Source: Gammaproteobacteria bacterium
GTDB lineage: Bacteria; Pseudomonadota; Gammaproteobacteria; Steroidobacterales; Rariloculaceae
NCBI GenBank assembly: GCA_050485645.1
Contig: JBJHBT010000004.1
Coordinates: 54,220 to 118,219, forward strand
DNA length: 64,000 nucleotides
Direction of reading: 5' to 3'
Of this stretch, positions 29,503 through 40,493 are shown in pieces (the stretch's first letter is position 1; the number at the start of each line of letters is the position of its first letter). The notes below the pieces were generated by a model. The model saw only the letters and a list, made by a program, of their open reading frames with translations. It did not search any database and was not told the origin of the DNA. A program made the position numbers and the translations under genes.

Positions 29503-30846
29503 ATGACCGCAACGAAGCGGGCACCGCGAAAGGAAATCGTCGGATGGGCGATGTTCGACTTCGCGAATCAGGCATACACCCTGCTCATCATCACCGTTGT
29601 CTTCGGCGATCTGTTCACGCGTATCGTTGTCGGTGATCGGGGCGACGACTACCGACTCGGCAATCTGCTGTGGAGCGTGGCGCTTTCGATCAGCTACCTG
29701 CTGGTTGTGCTTGCCGGCCCGCTGCTCGGCGCCATCATGGATTACACGGCCGCGAAGAAGCGGTTTCTCTTCGTCAGCTACGTTCTGACCATTGTGGCAA
29801 CAGCGGCGCTGTACATGGTGGCGCCAGGTTACATCCTGCTGGCGATGCTGCTGCTGATCGTGTCGAACTTTGCGTATGCGGTGGGCGAGGCATTCATCGC
29901 CAGCTTCCTGCCCAGCCTCGGGCCACCGGAGGATCAGGGCAAGATTTCAGGTTTCGGCTGGGCGCTGGGCTACGTGGGCGGACTGCTGGCGGCCGGTTTC
30001 ACGCTGCTGTTTCTGGGCGAAGTCAGTGCCGAGAATTTCGAACGCATCCGCTGGGTCGGACCGTTCGCGGCGGCATTTTTTCTGGTGGCTGCCATCCCGA
30101 CCTTTCTGTGGGTTCGTGAACCCGGCGTGGCGCAGCAGCTGCCTGCCGGTCAGAACTATCTGACTGTGGGACTGGCTCGACTGGCCGACACGGTTTCCGG
30201 GCTGCTGGCGTTCCGCGACCTGGCGCTGCTGATGGGATCGATCTTTTTCGCGATGGCGGGCATCTACATCATCATCACGTTCTCGTTCATCTACGGTGCC
30301 CAGGTTATCGGCTGGGACCCGGGCGTGCGCAACATCATGTTCATCGTCGTGCAGATCAGTGCAGCGGTGGGGGCAATCGGGTTCGGATTCGTACAGGACC
30401 GCATCGGCGCCAAGCCCACTTACATGATCTCCCTGTTCATGTGGATACTGGCGATCACCTGCATCTATGCCACGCCCCAGTTCACGGCCTTCGCAAACGA
30501 CCGACTGGGTTTGAGCTGGGAGGCGCAGTATGTGTTTCTCTTCGTGGGCTCCATCGCCGGGGCCAGTCTTGGTTCCAGTCAGTCGGCCGGGCGAGCCCTT
30601 GTCGGCATCTTTTCGCCTCGTGACAAGGCAGCGGAATTCTTCGGGTTCTGGGGTACTTCGTCGAAGCTGGCCGCCGTGTTCGGGATTCTCGGTCTTGGTC
30701 TGCTGCAGACCGTTGTGGGGCTGCAGGCATCGATCCTGTTCTGCATCGTCCTGTTCGCGCTGGCGGTGGCCACCTGCCTTCCTCTCAGCCAGGCCCGCGG
30801 ACGCCGTGCCGCCGAGGTGTGGGATGCCCGTGAGGGCAACGACTGA
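29503..30846 (+). CDS. MFS transporter (UMF1/ATG22-like)
   Basis: WAMFDFANQAY, ISGFGWALGYVGG, AEFFGFW. Confidence 0.85.
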   Translation: MTATKRAPRKEIVGWAMFDFANQAYTLLIITVVFGDLFTRIVVGDRGDDYRLGNLLWSVALSISYLLVVLAGPLLGAIMDYTAAKKRFLFVSYVLTIVATAALYMVAPGYILLAMLLLIVSNFAYAVGEAFIASFLPSLGPPEDQGKISGFGWALGYVGGLLAAGFTLLFLGEVSAENFERIRWVGPFAAAFFLVAAIPTFLWVREPGVAQQLPAGQNYLTVGLARLADTVSGLLAFRDLALLMGSIFFAMAGIYIIITFSFIYGAQVIGWDPGVRNIMFIVVQISAAVGAIGFGFVQDRIGAKPTYMISLFMWILAITCIYATPQFTAFANDRLGLSWEAQYVFLFVGSIAGASLGSSQSAGRALVGIFSPRDKAAEFFGFWGTSSKLAAVFGILGLGLLQTVVGLQASILFCIVLFALAVATCLPLSQARGRRAAEVWDAREGND

Positions 30847-31004
30847 CAGCGTCCGATCACGGGCTGACAGCATCCGATCATGCCGTCGGGCCTTGAACTT
30901 CGACGCATCGCCCTTATCAAAATGATTACGGCGCGGCTGTGGGTCTTCACCCGCGGTGGGCGGCGTATTCACTTTGCAAAGGACCCTGCATGGAGTATTT
31001 GCCG

Positions 31005-32393
31005 ATGACAGCACGACGAATCATGCACGCCGTTTTTCTGCCCGCGCTGCTGGTGGCCATGGTGGCTGGTGCGCAGGCGCAATGGCCCATCGGAGCAGAT
31101 GGCAGACCATCGCTGGCGCCGGTGCTGAAGGAAGTCACCCCCGGTGTTGTGAACATTTCCGTGGTGTCACAGCAGCAGGTTCGCAGGAATCCGCTCATGG
31201 ATCTGTTCAACGATCCGTTGTTCCCGTTTTCCGTGCCCGAACAGCGCCCGGAAACCGTTCCACGCGAAAGCGTCGGTTCGGGCGTCGTCGTGGATGCGGC
31301 CAACGGCTATGTATTGACCAATCATCACGTTATCCAGCGCGCGGATGAAGTCATCGTCACGCTGCCCGACGGTCGGCGACTGGATGCCGAAGTCGTCGGG
31401 TCGGATGCCGCCACCGACATCGCGCTGCTGAGAATCGACGCCGACGATCTGGTCGCCATTCCGATGGGCGACTCGACACATCTGGAGGTTGGCGATTTCG
31501 TCGTGGCGATCGGCAATCCGTTCGGCCTGGGGCAGACCGTGACGTCGGGTATCGTCAGCGCGTTGAGCCGCGCCGGTCTGCGTCTGCCCGTTGACACCTA
31601 TCAGGACTTCATTCAGACCGACGCATCCATCAACCCGGGCAATTCCGGTGGTGCGCTGGTGAATCTCGCCGGAGAGCTGATCGGCATCAACACTGCCATC
31701 GTCTCGCCCGGCGGAGGCGGCAATGTCGGCATCGGATTCGCGGTACCCAGCAACATGGCCAGGGATGTCATGACACAGCTGATCGAACACGGTGAAGTGA
31801 GGCGCGGACTGCTGGGCGTGCGGGGCGATGATGTAACGCCGGATCTGGTTGCGGCACTGGAGCTGCCGGTACGTTCCGGAGCCATCGTCACCGAGGTGTC
31901 GCCGGATTCAGCGGCCGAACAGGCGGGCCTGCGACGCGGCGATGTGATCGTTGCGGTCAACAGCCAGACCGTCAACAGCTTCGCCGACCTGCGCAACCGC
32001 ATTGGTCTTACGCCGGTGGGCAGCGAGATCGAACTGACGTACCTGCGCGATGGTGAACGACAGACCACCCGCGCCACGATCGGCGCCGATCAGGGGCAGC
32101 TGGCCAGGGACGGTTCGCGTATCGAGCGGCTGAGCGGCGCCGAGTTCGGGGCGATCGATCGCTCGCACCCGCAGTACGGACGCTTTCAGGGCGTTGTGGT
32201 GGAACGTGTCGAACAGGACAGTCCCGCTGCCCTGCAGGGTTTGCGGCAGGGCGACCTGATCGTCGCGGTCAATCGCAACCCGGTGCGTTCGGTGGATGAT
32301 CTGGCGCGGGCGATGCCTCCTCAGGGACAGCGCGCCACGGCGGTGCTGGACATCATTCGCGGCAACGCGCGGCTCTATCTGGTACTGCGCTGA
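31005..32393 (+). CDS. degQ: DegP/DegQ serine endoprotease with two PDZ domains
   Basis: TNHHV, DIALL, QTDASINPGNSGG. Confidence 0.9.
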   Translation: MTARRIMHAVFLPALLVAMVAGAQAQWPIGADGRPSLAPVLKEVTPGVVNISVVSQQQVRRNPLMDLFNDPLFPFSVPEQRPETVPRESVGSGVVVDAANGYVLTNHHVIQRADEVIVTLPDGRRLDAEVVGSDAATDIALLRIDADDLVAIPMGDSTHLEVGDFVVAIGNPFGLGQTVTSGIVSALSRAGLRLPVDTYQDFIQTDASINPGNSGGALVNLAGELIGINTAIVSPGGGGNVGIGFAVPSNMARDVMTQLIEHGEVRRGLLGVRGDDVTPDLVAALELPVRSGAIVTEVSPDSAAEQAGLRRGDVIVAVNSQTVNSFADLRNRIGLTPVGSEIELTYLRDGERQTTRATIGADQGQLARDGSRIERLSGAEFGAIDRSHPQYGRFQGVVVERVEQDSPAALQGLRQGDLIVAVNRNPVRSVDDLARAMPPQGQRATAVLDIIRGNARLYLVLR

Positions 32394-34573
32394 GCGTCGG
32401 CGCGCGCCTTGAATTCGCGTCGTCGCCGTGTGAGCACGTGCTCGGTATAGCCATTGGGTTCGGTGACGCCATTGAAGACCAGATCCATCGCCGCCTGAAA
32501 CGCGATGCTGTTCTGGAAGTCGGGTGACATCGGGCGGTAGCCGGTGTCACCCGCGTTCTGACTGTCGACGATCGTCGCCATGCGCTGCATCGCCTGGAGC
32601 ACCTGCTCCCGGTCCACCAGGCCGTGGTGCAGCCAGTTCGCGATGTGCTGCGAAGAGATGCGCAGTGTGGCGCGATCCTCCATCAGTCCGACGTTGTTGA
32701 TGTCGGGCACTTTGGAGCAGCCGATGCCCCGCTCGACCCAGCGCACGACGTAGCCGAGAATGCTCTGGGCGTTGTTGTCGAGCTCTCGCCGGATCTCGTC
32801 GGCCGTGAGCGATCGCGATCCCAACGTCGGCGGCGTCAGTATCGCCAGCAGATCGTCGGCGCTTCGTTTCGGTCCGGCCGCCAGTTCGCCCTGACGCTGC
32901 GCGACGTCGACGCTGTGATAGTGCATGGCGTGCAATGTGGCGGCGGTGGGTGAGGGCACCCACGCACAGCTGGCGCCGGCCAGCGGGTGCGACTGCTTGG
33001 TGTCGAGCATGGATTTCATGTCATCCGGCACGGCCCACATTCCCTTGCCGATCTGCGCATGGCCGGGAAGGCCCGCGTCCAGCCCGACGCGCACGTTCCA
33101 GTTTTCGTAGGCCTGCATCCAGAGGGCGCCCTTGATCTCCGGCTTGGGAATCACAGGGCCTGCTTCCATGCTGGTGTGAATTTCGTCGCCAGTGCGGTCG
33201 AGAAAGCCGGTATTGATGAATATCACGCGTTCGGCGGCAGCTCTGATGCATTCGAAGAGATTGGCCGTGGTGCGCCGCTCCTCATCCATGATGCCGATCT
33301 TCAGCGTATTTTCCGGCAGCCCCAGGCCCTGTTCCACCGCAGCGAACAACGCCACGGACAGTGCCACCTCGTCGGGACCATGCTGCTTGGGCTTGACGAT
33401 ATAGACGCTGCCGGAGCGGCTGTTGCGGAACGGTCCGCTGCCCCTGAGGTCGTGGATGGCGGCCAGCGCGGTGATGACGCAGTCGAGAAAGGTCTCCGGT
33501 ATCGGTGCGCCATCCGCCGTTCGTACCGCATCGGTGAGCAGGTGGCCACCCACGTGACGCACCAGCATCAGGCTGCGACCAGGCAGCGTGCGCCGCGAGC
33601 CGTCAGGCGCGGTGAACTCGCGGTCGTGCTGCAGGGTTCTGACGATCTCCCGGCCACCCTTGTTGAGCGTGGCCGTCAGCGTGCCTTGCATGATGCCGTT
33701 CCAGTTGCCGTAGACACGTGCCTTGTCTTCGGCGTCCACCGCAGCAACGGAATCCTCGCAGTCCATGATCGTGGATATCGCACTCTCCAGCACCACGTCC
33801 CTGATACCTGCCGCGTGCTGACGGCCGACAGGGTGTTCGGGATCGATAACCAGTTCCACGTGCAGGCCATGATTCACCAGCAGCACGTGTGTGAGGCGGC
33901 CGTCGGCGTCCCTGTAGCCGACGAATGCGTCCGCATTGCGAAGGATCGTCTTCGTGCCGTCGGACAGATCCAGGTTCAGTCTGCCATCGTGAACGGTCAG
34001 CGCCGTTACGTGCTGCCACGTTCCATGCTGCAGCGGTGCGCAGCTGTCGAGAAACCCGTTGGCATATTCGATGACGCGTCCACCACGCTCCGCATCGTAC
34101 ACACCGGGGTCCGACTGCGTTACCGCGCCGATGACATTCGTGCCGTACAGTGCATCGTAGAGACTTCCCCAGCGCGCGTTGGCCGCGTTCAGTGCATAGC
34201 GGGCGTTGTCCACCGGTACAACCAGCTGTGGACCGGCAAGCGTTGCGACTTCGTCATCGACATTCGCGGTGGTTACCGTGAACGGCGGCCCTTCAGGAGT
34301 CAGGTAGCCGATCTCAGTGAGAAACCCGCGGGTTGCGTTGCTGTCCGGTGGATTGCCGGTGTGCGAACGCAGCCAGGCGTCAATCTCGGCCTGTAGACGG
34401 TCACGTTCGGCGAGGAGAGCGGCATGGCGGGGGGCCAGCGTCGAGACGATCTCCGCCAGCAGTGTCCACACCTGCTCGCTGGCAATCCCCGTTCCCGGTG
34501 CAATTTCCCGATCCACCAGTTCGTACAGGCAGCGGGCGATGTCAAGGCCACAGGCCCGTGTGTATTCAGTCAT
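32375..34573 (-). CDS. glcB: Malate synthase G
   Basis: NAANARWGSLYDALYG, IMDEERRT, FINTGFLDRTGDE, WVPSPTAATLHA, MEDRATLRISSQ. Confidence 0.95.
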   Translation of the reverse strand: MTEYTRACGLDIARCLYELVDREIAPGTGIASEQVWTLLAEIVSTLAPRHAALLAERDRLQAEIDAWLRSHTGNPPDSNATRGFLTEIGYLTPEGPPFTVTTANVDDEVATLAGPQLVVPVDNARYALNAANARWGSLYDALYGTNVIGAVTQSDPGVYDAERGGRVIEYANGFLDSCAPLQHGTWQHVTALTVHDGRLNLDLSDGTKTILRNADAFVGYRDADGRLTHVLLVNHGLHVELVIDPEHPVGRQHAAGIRDVVLESAISTIMDCEDSVAAVDAEDKARVYGNWNGIMQGTLTATLNKGGREIVRTLQHDREFTAPDGSRRTLPGRSLMLVRHVGGHLLTDAVRTADGAPIPETFLDCVITALAAIHDLRGSGPFRNSRSGSVYIVKPKQHGPDEVALSVALFAAVEQGLGLPENTLKIGIMDEERRTTANLFECIRAAAERVIFINTGFLDRTGDEIHTSMEAGPVIPKPEIKGALWMQAYENWNVRVGLDAGLPGHAQIGKGMWAVPDDMKSMLDTKQSHPLAGASCAWVPSPTAATLHAMHYHSVDVAQRQGELAAGPKRSADDLLAILTPPTLGSRSLTADEIRRELDNNAQSILGYVVRWVERGIGCSKVPDINNVGLMEDRATLRISSQHIANWLHHGLVDREQVLQAMQRMATIVDSQNAGDTGYRPMSPDFQNSIAFQAAMDLVFNGVTEPNGYTEHVLTRRRREFKARADAQRSTR

Positions 34574-34632
34574 TCCGGTTTCCGTATGTAACAACACTGC
34601 CGGGCTGCGGCAGTCAATGAGCATGGCGGCGT

Positions 34633-35064
34633 CTAGCCGACGTCGGCGACGAGTCCTGCCTGTTCGATGCCGTACCGGCATGCCGCTTCGTCCTCGTCCC
34701 CCGTGCCGCCACTGGCACCGGCGGCACCTATGATCGTGCCGGCGGCATCCCGTATCAGCACGCCGCCGGGCTGCGGCAGGAATCGGCCCTGCGCTGTCGC
34801 GGCAAGAGTGATCATGAAGTTGGGGTTTTCCTTCGCGCGTTTGGCGAGTTCCCGGCTGGACACGTCCATGGCAACCGAGCCCCATGCCTTGCCGCGGGCG
34901 ACATCGAAGCGAAACATGCTGGCACCGTCCTCGCGCTGCATTGCCTTGAGTTCCCCGCTGTGGTCCAGCACTACAACAGTGACGGGCCGGATGCCCATCT
35001 CACGAGCCTTGATCAGCGCATGTTTGATGATCGCGTTCGCGGTAGTCAGGTCGAGTTGCGGCAT
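34633..35064 (-). CDS. glcG: GlcG/HbpS-family heme-binding protein
   Basis: VVLDHSG...REDGA...ARGKAW, PGGVLI, GASG; directly upstream of glcB. Confidence 0.8.
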   Translation of the reverse strand: MPQLDLTTANAIIKHALIKAREMGIRPVTVVVLDHSGELKAMQREDGASMFRFDVARGKAWGSVAMDVSSRELAKRAKENPNFMITLAATAQGRFLPQPGGVLIRDAAGTIIGAAGASGGTGDEDEAACRYGIEQAGLVADVG

Positions 35065-35121
35065 CTGGCCTCCAGGGATGTAACTGCAAGTGAATTCGGA
35101 TGTTAAATCAGATGGCCAGGA

Positions 35122-35541
35122 TCAGCGCTCGGGCGATTCGCCAAGCACCGCAGGCACTTCGCCCAGCGTCGAGCCGTCAGGCAGCGTGACAGCGATGAAC
35201 TGCCCGCCACGCTCATCGCTGCGCAATGGATGGACGATAACCGTGACTTCGTCACCAGGTTGTAACGAATTGCGGCGCCATCCTCCACGCGCGAGTATCG
35301 TGGCCGGGTTCATTTCCACGGTCCACGTTGCCGTGTCGCCACTTTCGTCGGTGACGTTCATGTGTATCCAGGAATGGGGATTACTCCAGCTGAACGATGT
35401 GATGGTGCCATTCAGGCTGATCGTGCGTGTGCGATCGAACACCGCCGGGGAGTGATGTGCCTGAACGACGCCCGCCAGGATCGAGGAGACGACAAGGCAG
35501 GCGATCATGGTCGGGGGCGGGCGATAGAACTGAATTCGCAT
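35122..35541 (-). CDS. DUF6152-like exported protein (second copy)
   Basis: VQA then HHSPAVFD; WSNPHSWI. Confidence 0.8.
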   Translation of the reverse strand: MRIQFYRPPPTMIACLVVSSILAGVVQAHHSPAVFDRTRTISLNGTITSFSWSNPHSWIHMNVTDESGDTATWTVEMNPATILARGGWRRNSLQPGDEVTVIVHPLRSDERGGQFIAVTLPDGSTLGEVPAVLGESPER

Positions 35542-35560
35542 GACGTGGATTCCTCGCATC

Positions 35561-36388
35561 TCAGCGGCCCGGGTTCATCAGCACTTCCGACGATGTGCTC
35601 GGCAGGTTCTCATTCATCGACGGGAAACAGGTGACTTCGGTGATGTCTCCATCGCGGACGCGGTTCCAGCGCTTGGTGCGCTGCCACTCGCCGGCCCAGT
35701 TCACCGGATCGGTCATTGTGAACTCGATCTCCAGCTGCCCGTTGTCCGCCATGCGCACACGTTCGACGATCCGCAGCTGGTCGCTGGCCGGAACGGCGAT
35801 GTCACCGGAGCTGATCCAGTGGTTGTGTCCGGGGAAGTGGCGCGTATCGATCACGAGTTCGTCGCCTTCCCACCAGCCGATGGACTCGCCGTTGAACGCA
35901 GGGACCACGATATCGGGATCGGTGTGTGTGCGGCCATCCATGTAGACGATGCGCACGCTGTTCATGAAATGGCTGATCATGTAGATCGAGGTGGGCAGCT
36001 GGATCATCGCGATCGGCCATACCCGCGTCATGATCAGGGGCATGCCCGCCGGCCAGCACTGACCAATGTCGTCGCGATAGACACGGCCCTGTTCGGAAGC
36101 CTCGATGGATGCCTCGTAGTGGCTCTGCGCTGCGGCTGTGAGTTCCGGAAACGGCGGGCCGAAGCGCCACGAGGTGGCATCGAACTGCAGATCGATGAAC
36201 CACAGTCCGGTGAGATCAAAGGGTGGCTGCGAGCGGGAGAGGGCAAGATTTTCCGGGTCGAGGGTGCTGACCCCGAGCCATTGACTGCCATCCGGCGGAC
36301 CCTGGGTCACCTGCTGGGCAGGGACCAGCGGAGAAATCAGCAGCAACAGACATCCAGCGGCAGTTGCGGCCCGGCTCATGTCAGTCAT
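35561..36388 (-). CDS. Exported two-Cys hypothetical protein (paralogue C)
   Basis: FDLTGLW, GQCWPAGMP, WEGDELVI, EVTCFP. Confidence 0.8.
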   Translation of the reverse strand: MTDMSRAATAAGCLLLLISPLVPAQQVTQGPPDGSQWLGVSTLDPENLALSRSQPPFDLTGLWFIDLQFDATSWRFGPPFPELTAAAQSHYEASIEASEQGRVYRDDIGQCWPAGMPLIMTRVWPIAMIQLPTSIYMISHFMNSVRIVYMDGRTHTDPDIVVPAFNGESIGWWEGDELVIDTRHFPGHNHWISSGDIAVPASDQLRIVERVRMADNGQLEIEFTMTDPVNWAGEWQRTKRWNRVRDGDITEVTCFPSMNENLPSTSSEVLMNPGR

Positions 36389-36531
36389 GCTTCCCCCCTG
36401 TCGTGTCTTGCCTGCCTGCCCGCTGCCGTCCGGATTTCGCGTGTTGCACCCGTGCCGCGGGTACCGCTGAGGCCGGCTGCGGGCCAGCATGTTGGCCGAT
36501 TGTAGCGTATTCGGCTGTCCGTACCGGCGCC

Positions 36532-37529
36532 TCAGATCTCTCCCTTGCGGATGCAGGCGGCCAGGTGCTCCGTGGCCGCACCGGCGGTGCTGCCCGGCCG
36601 CGGTTCGAGGGGCGGCACCATCGTCTTGCAGGCCGCGATCGCAAACGGGCAGCGGGGATGAAAGGCGCAGCCCGGTGGCGGGCTGATCGGGCTTGGGGTC
36701 TCGCCGGCCAGCGGCACGCTGGTGCGCCGCCGGGCGGGGTCGGGCCTGGGGATCGCTGCGATCAGCGCCCGCGTATAGGGGTGCATTGGCGAGGAAAAAA
36801 TCGCCTGTACCGGGCCTTTCTCTACGATGCGGCCCAGATACATGATGGCGATGGAGTCACTGACATGTTCGACGACCGACAGGTCGTGGCTGATGAAAAT
36901 ATAGGTGAGCCCGAGTTCGCGCTGCAGGCGTACCATCAGATTCAGCACCTGACTCTGCACCGATACGTCCAGTGCCGAGACCGGTTCATCGGCGATCACG
37001 AGTCTGGGGTCCAGTGTCAGCGCGCGTGCGATGCCCACCCGTTGGCGTTGCCCACCGGAGAATTCGTGCGGGTAGCGTTCCAGGAGATTGCCGGTCAGGC
37101 CCACGGTCTCCAGCAGCGCCCGTACTTTCTCGATCTGCTCCTCGCGCGTGCCCATCCGGTGCACCACCAGCGGTTCCCGGACGATCTCGCCCACCGTCAT
37201 GCGTGGATTGAGGGAGGAATAGGGGTCCTGGAAAATCATCTGCACTTCGCGGCGCAGCCGGAACAGCGTCTCCCTCGACGCACCCGTCAGGTCGTTGCCA
37301 TCGAACAGTACACGCCCGTCGGTGGGCTCTTCCAGTCGGATCAGCGTGCGCCCCAGCGTGGACTTGCCGCAGCCGGATTCACCGACCAGTCCCAGTGTTT
37401 CACCGGCATGCACCGTGAAACTGACATCATCCACCGCCCGAACGTCGCCGATTCTGGCGCCGAACACGCCGCCGCGAACGGGATAGTATTTCTTCAGGCG
37501 CTCGACCTGCAGCATCGGTGCCGGCGACG

Positions 37530-37533
<4 letters not shown>
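36532..37533 (-). CDS. Peptide ABC transporter ATPase (OppF/DppF-like)
   Basis: [29 protein letters not shown]. Confidence 0.92.
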
Positions 37534-38528
<995 letters not shown>

Positions 38529-38588
38529 AGTCGTACCCCGAGTAATGCCGCCGAACCCTTCGCGGCTGTGTCTTGCGTGACTGGCTTC

Positions 38589-40475
38589 TTACTGAAAGCG
38601 TCGTTTGACGTCCCAGTGGTCGCGGTCGATGTCAGGATCGACCGGCAGCGCTTCTCCGTTGCGCATGGCCCGCTCAAGATTGGCACGGCGTTCCGGGTCG
38701 ATCCATTGCACGAGATAGTCGGTAATGCCCTGGGTACGGCGCGGGAAGTAGAATTCGGGGAACTGGATGTAATCCCAATAGGCGACCCGAATGTACGGAG
38801 CCGCCCAGAAAGGGATGTAGAACGCTTCCTCATGGACGATCTCGTCGACGCGCCACAGTGCCTGCTGCCTGGCGTCGAAATCCAGATCCTCTTCGTAGAT
38901 CCGGATCAGTTCGTCCACTTCTTCCGTGCCGAATCCCCAGATGTTGTTGTTGTTGATTGCGTCCCTGAACTCGGTGTGCAGGTACTGGCGAGGCGCGGGA
39001 TAGAACGGCGTGGTCCGGCCCGTCACGGTCATCTCGTACTTCCTCTCCAGACCACGTTCGAACGCGGTGCCTGGTTCAAGCAGGCGCAGGCGCATATCGA
39101 CCCCGGCACGGCGGTATTCCTGCTGCATCACCGTCAGGTGCCGCTCCAGTCCCTTGTTGCCGTAGATCACCGTGAAGCTGGCTTTCTCGCCATGCTCATT
39201 CACGAGGATGTCGTCGGTATCGGTGCGTGTGAACAGCAGTCCGCGCACCGCACTGCCGACGCGACTGAGCAGCGACGGATCGCGCAGCGCTTCCGGTCGT
39301 CGGTAGCCGGCCCGTTCGAGGTGTTCCCTGGCCCTGACCGGATCGAACGAATAGCCCGGCAGATCGGGATTGGCGTATTCCGTGCCATCGAAGAAAGACA
39401 CCTGACGAAAATATTCATTGAACATCAGGTTGCGGTTCAGGCGATCGAAATTGAACAGGTACTGCATCGCTTTGCGGAAATCCCTGTTCTGGAAGATCGG
39501 CGCCTCCAGATTCATGTGCAGTCCATAAACGCCGTTCGGCATGTCGACGAACACGCGGCTGCGGCGCAGCCAGCCGTTGCGTACCGCCTCGAAGGTGTAG
39601 TCCTCGTTCCAGACCTTTGCCGTACTCTCCACGGCCATGTCGATCTCGCCACGGCGCAGGTAGTCCAGCATCCGCTCGCGCGGAATCACGCGCAGATGGA
39701 TGCGATCGAAGTTGTACATGCCTTCGAAATAGTGCTTGCCGTCGCCCCACCAGTCCTGTATCCGCTCAAAGGTGACCGATTCGCCTCTGGCCACGGACGA
39801 CACCACATAGGGGCCGACGGCGATCTGCGGCTGGTTGGTCGTGCGGCTGACCCAGGTGTCATCCAGCACGATGGCGTGTCCGGGCGATGGCCACAGTCCG
39901 GCGTAGTCGTACAGCGGGCGCCAGCTGGGTCGGGTGCCGACGATACGCAGCGTATGGTCGTCGATTGCATCCACGGACTCGAAGTACTGGTCCGTGTAGT
40001 TGTTGTAGAACGGATCAACGATATGGTCGGAGCGCATCATTTCGTACGTGAAGACGAAATGGTCCGCGGTGATCGGCGTGCCGTCGCTGAACCGGGCGTC
40101 GGGGTCGAGGCGGAAGTAGATGGTGCGCTGATCTTCCTGCACGGACCAGTGCGTCGCCATCATCGGGATGAAGTTGTCGGTGACCGGATGCAGTGAGACC
40201 AGTCCGAAACTCATTGTGAACGCACGATTCCAGCCGGCGAACGCATCGTTGGAATTCGGCCCCATCAGCCGGAAGGTCATCGGGTAGGCGTCGATCATGT
40301 AGTTCAGTGTGCCGCCGCGCAGTGCTTCGGATGACCCGATGGGCGGATCGTCGAAGTTGGTTTCCCAGACAACGTCGTCGGGCAGCACGACGCGGTCATT
40401 CTGCGCCATGGCGTCGCAATGGAGCAGGGCCATGGCAACCAGTGCCGTGGCAGCGGTAGTGGTCCGTTTTGTCAT
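38589..40475 (-). CDS. Peptide ABC substrate-binding protein (YejA-like)
   Basis: Signal peptide, RGGTL, ARFSDGTPITA, MYNFDRI; GGAGG RBS. Confidence 0.85.
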   Translation of the reverse strand: MTKRTTTAATALVAMALLHCDAMAQNDRVVLPDDVVWETNFDDPPIGSSEALRGGTLNYMIDAYPMTFRLMGPNSNDAFAGWNRAFTMSFGLVSLHPVTDNFIPMMATHWSVQEDQRTIYFRLDPDARFSDGTPITADHFVFTYEMMRSDHIVDPFYNNYTDQYFESVDAIDDHTLRIVGTRPSWRPLYDYAGLWPSPGHAIVLDDTWVSRTTNQPQIAVGPYVVSSVARGESVTFERIQDWWGDGKHYFEGMYNFDRIHLRVIPRERMLDYLRRGEIDMAVESTAKVWNEDYTFEAVRNGWLRRSRVFVDMPNGVYGLHMNLEAPIFQNRDFRKAMQYLFNFDRLNRNLMFNEYFRQVSFFDGTEYANPDLPGYSFDPVRAREHLERAGYRRPEALRDPSLLSRVGSAVRGLLFTRTDTDDILVNEHGEKASFTVIYGNKGLERHLTVMQQEYRRAGVDMRLRLLEPGTAFERGLERKYEMTVTGRTTPFYPAPRQYLHTEFRDAINNNNIWGFGTEEVDELIRIYEEDLDFDARQQALWRVDEIVHEEAFYIPFWAAPYIRVAYWDYIQFPEFYFPRRTQGITDYLVQWIDPERRANLERAMRNGEALPVDPDIDRDHWDVKRRFQ

Positions 40476-40493
40476 GGCCAACCTCCGCAGGGG

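Noticed and set aside
30844-30882. Two-copy 21-bp tandem repeat after the MFS gene
   Set aside because: Only two imperfect copies and no spacers; not CRISPR
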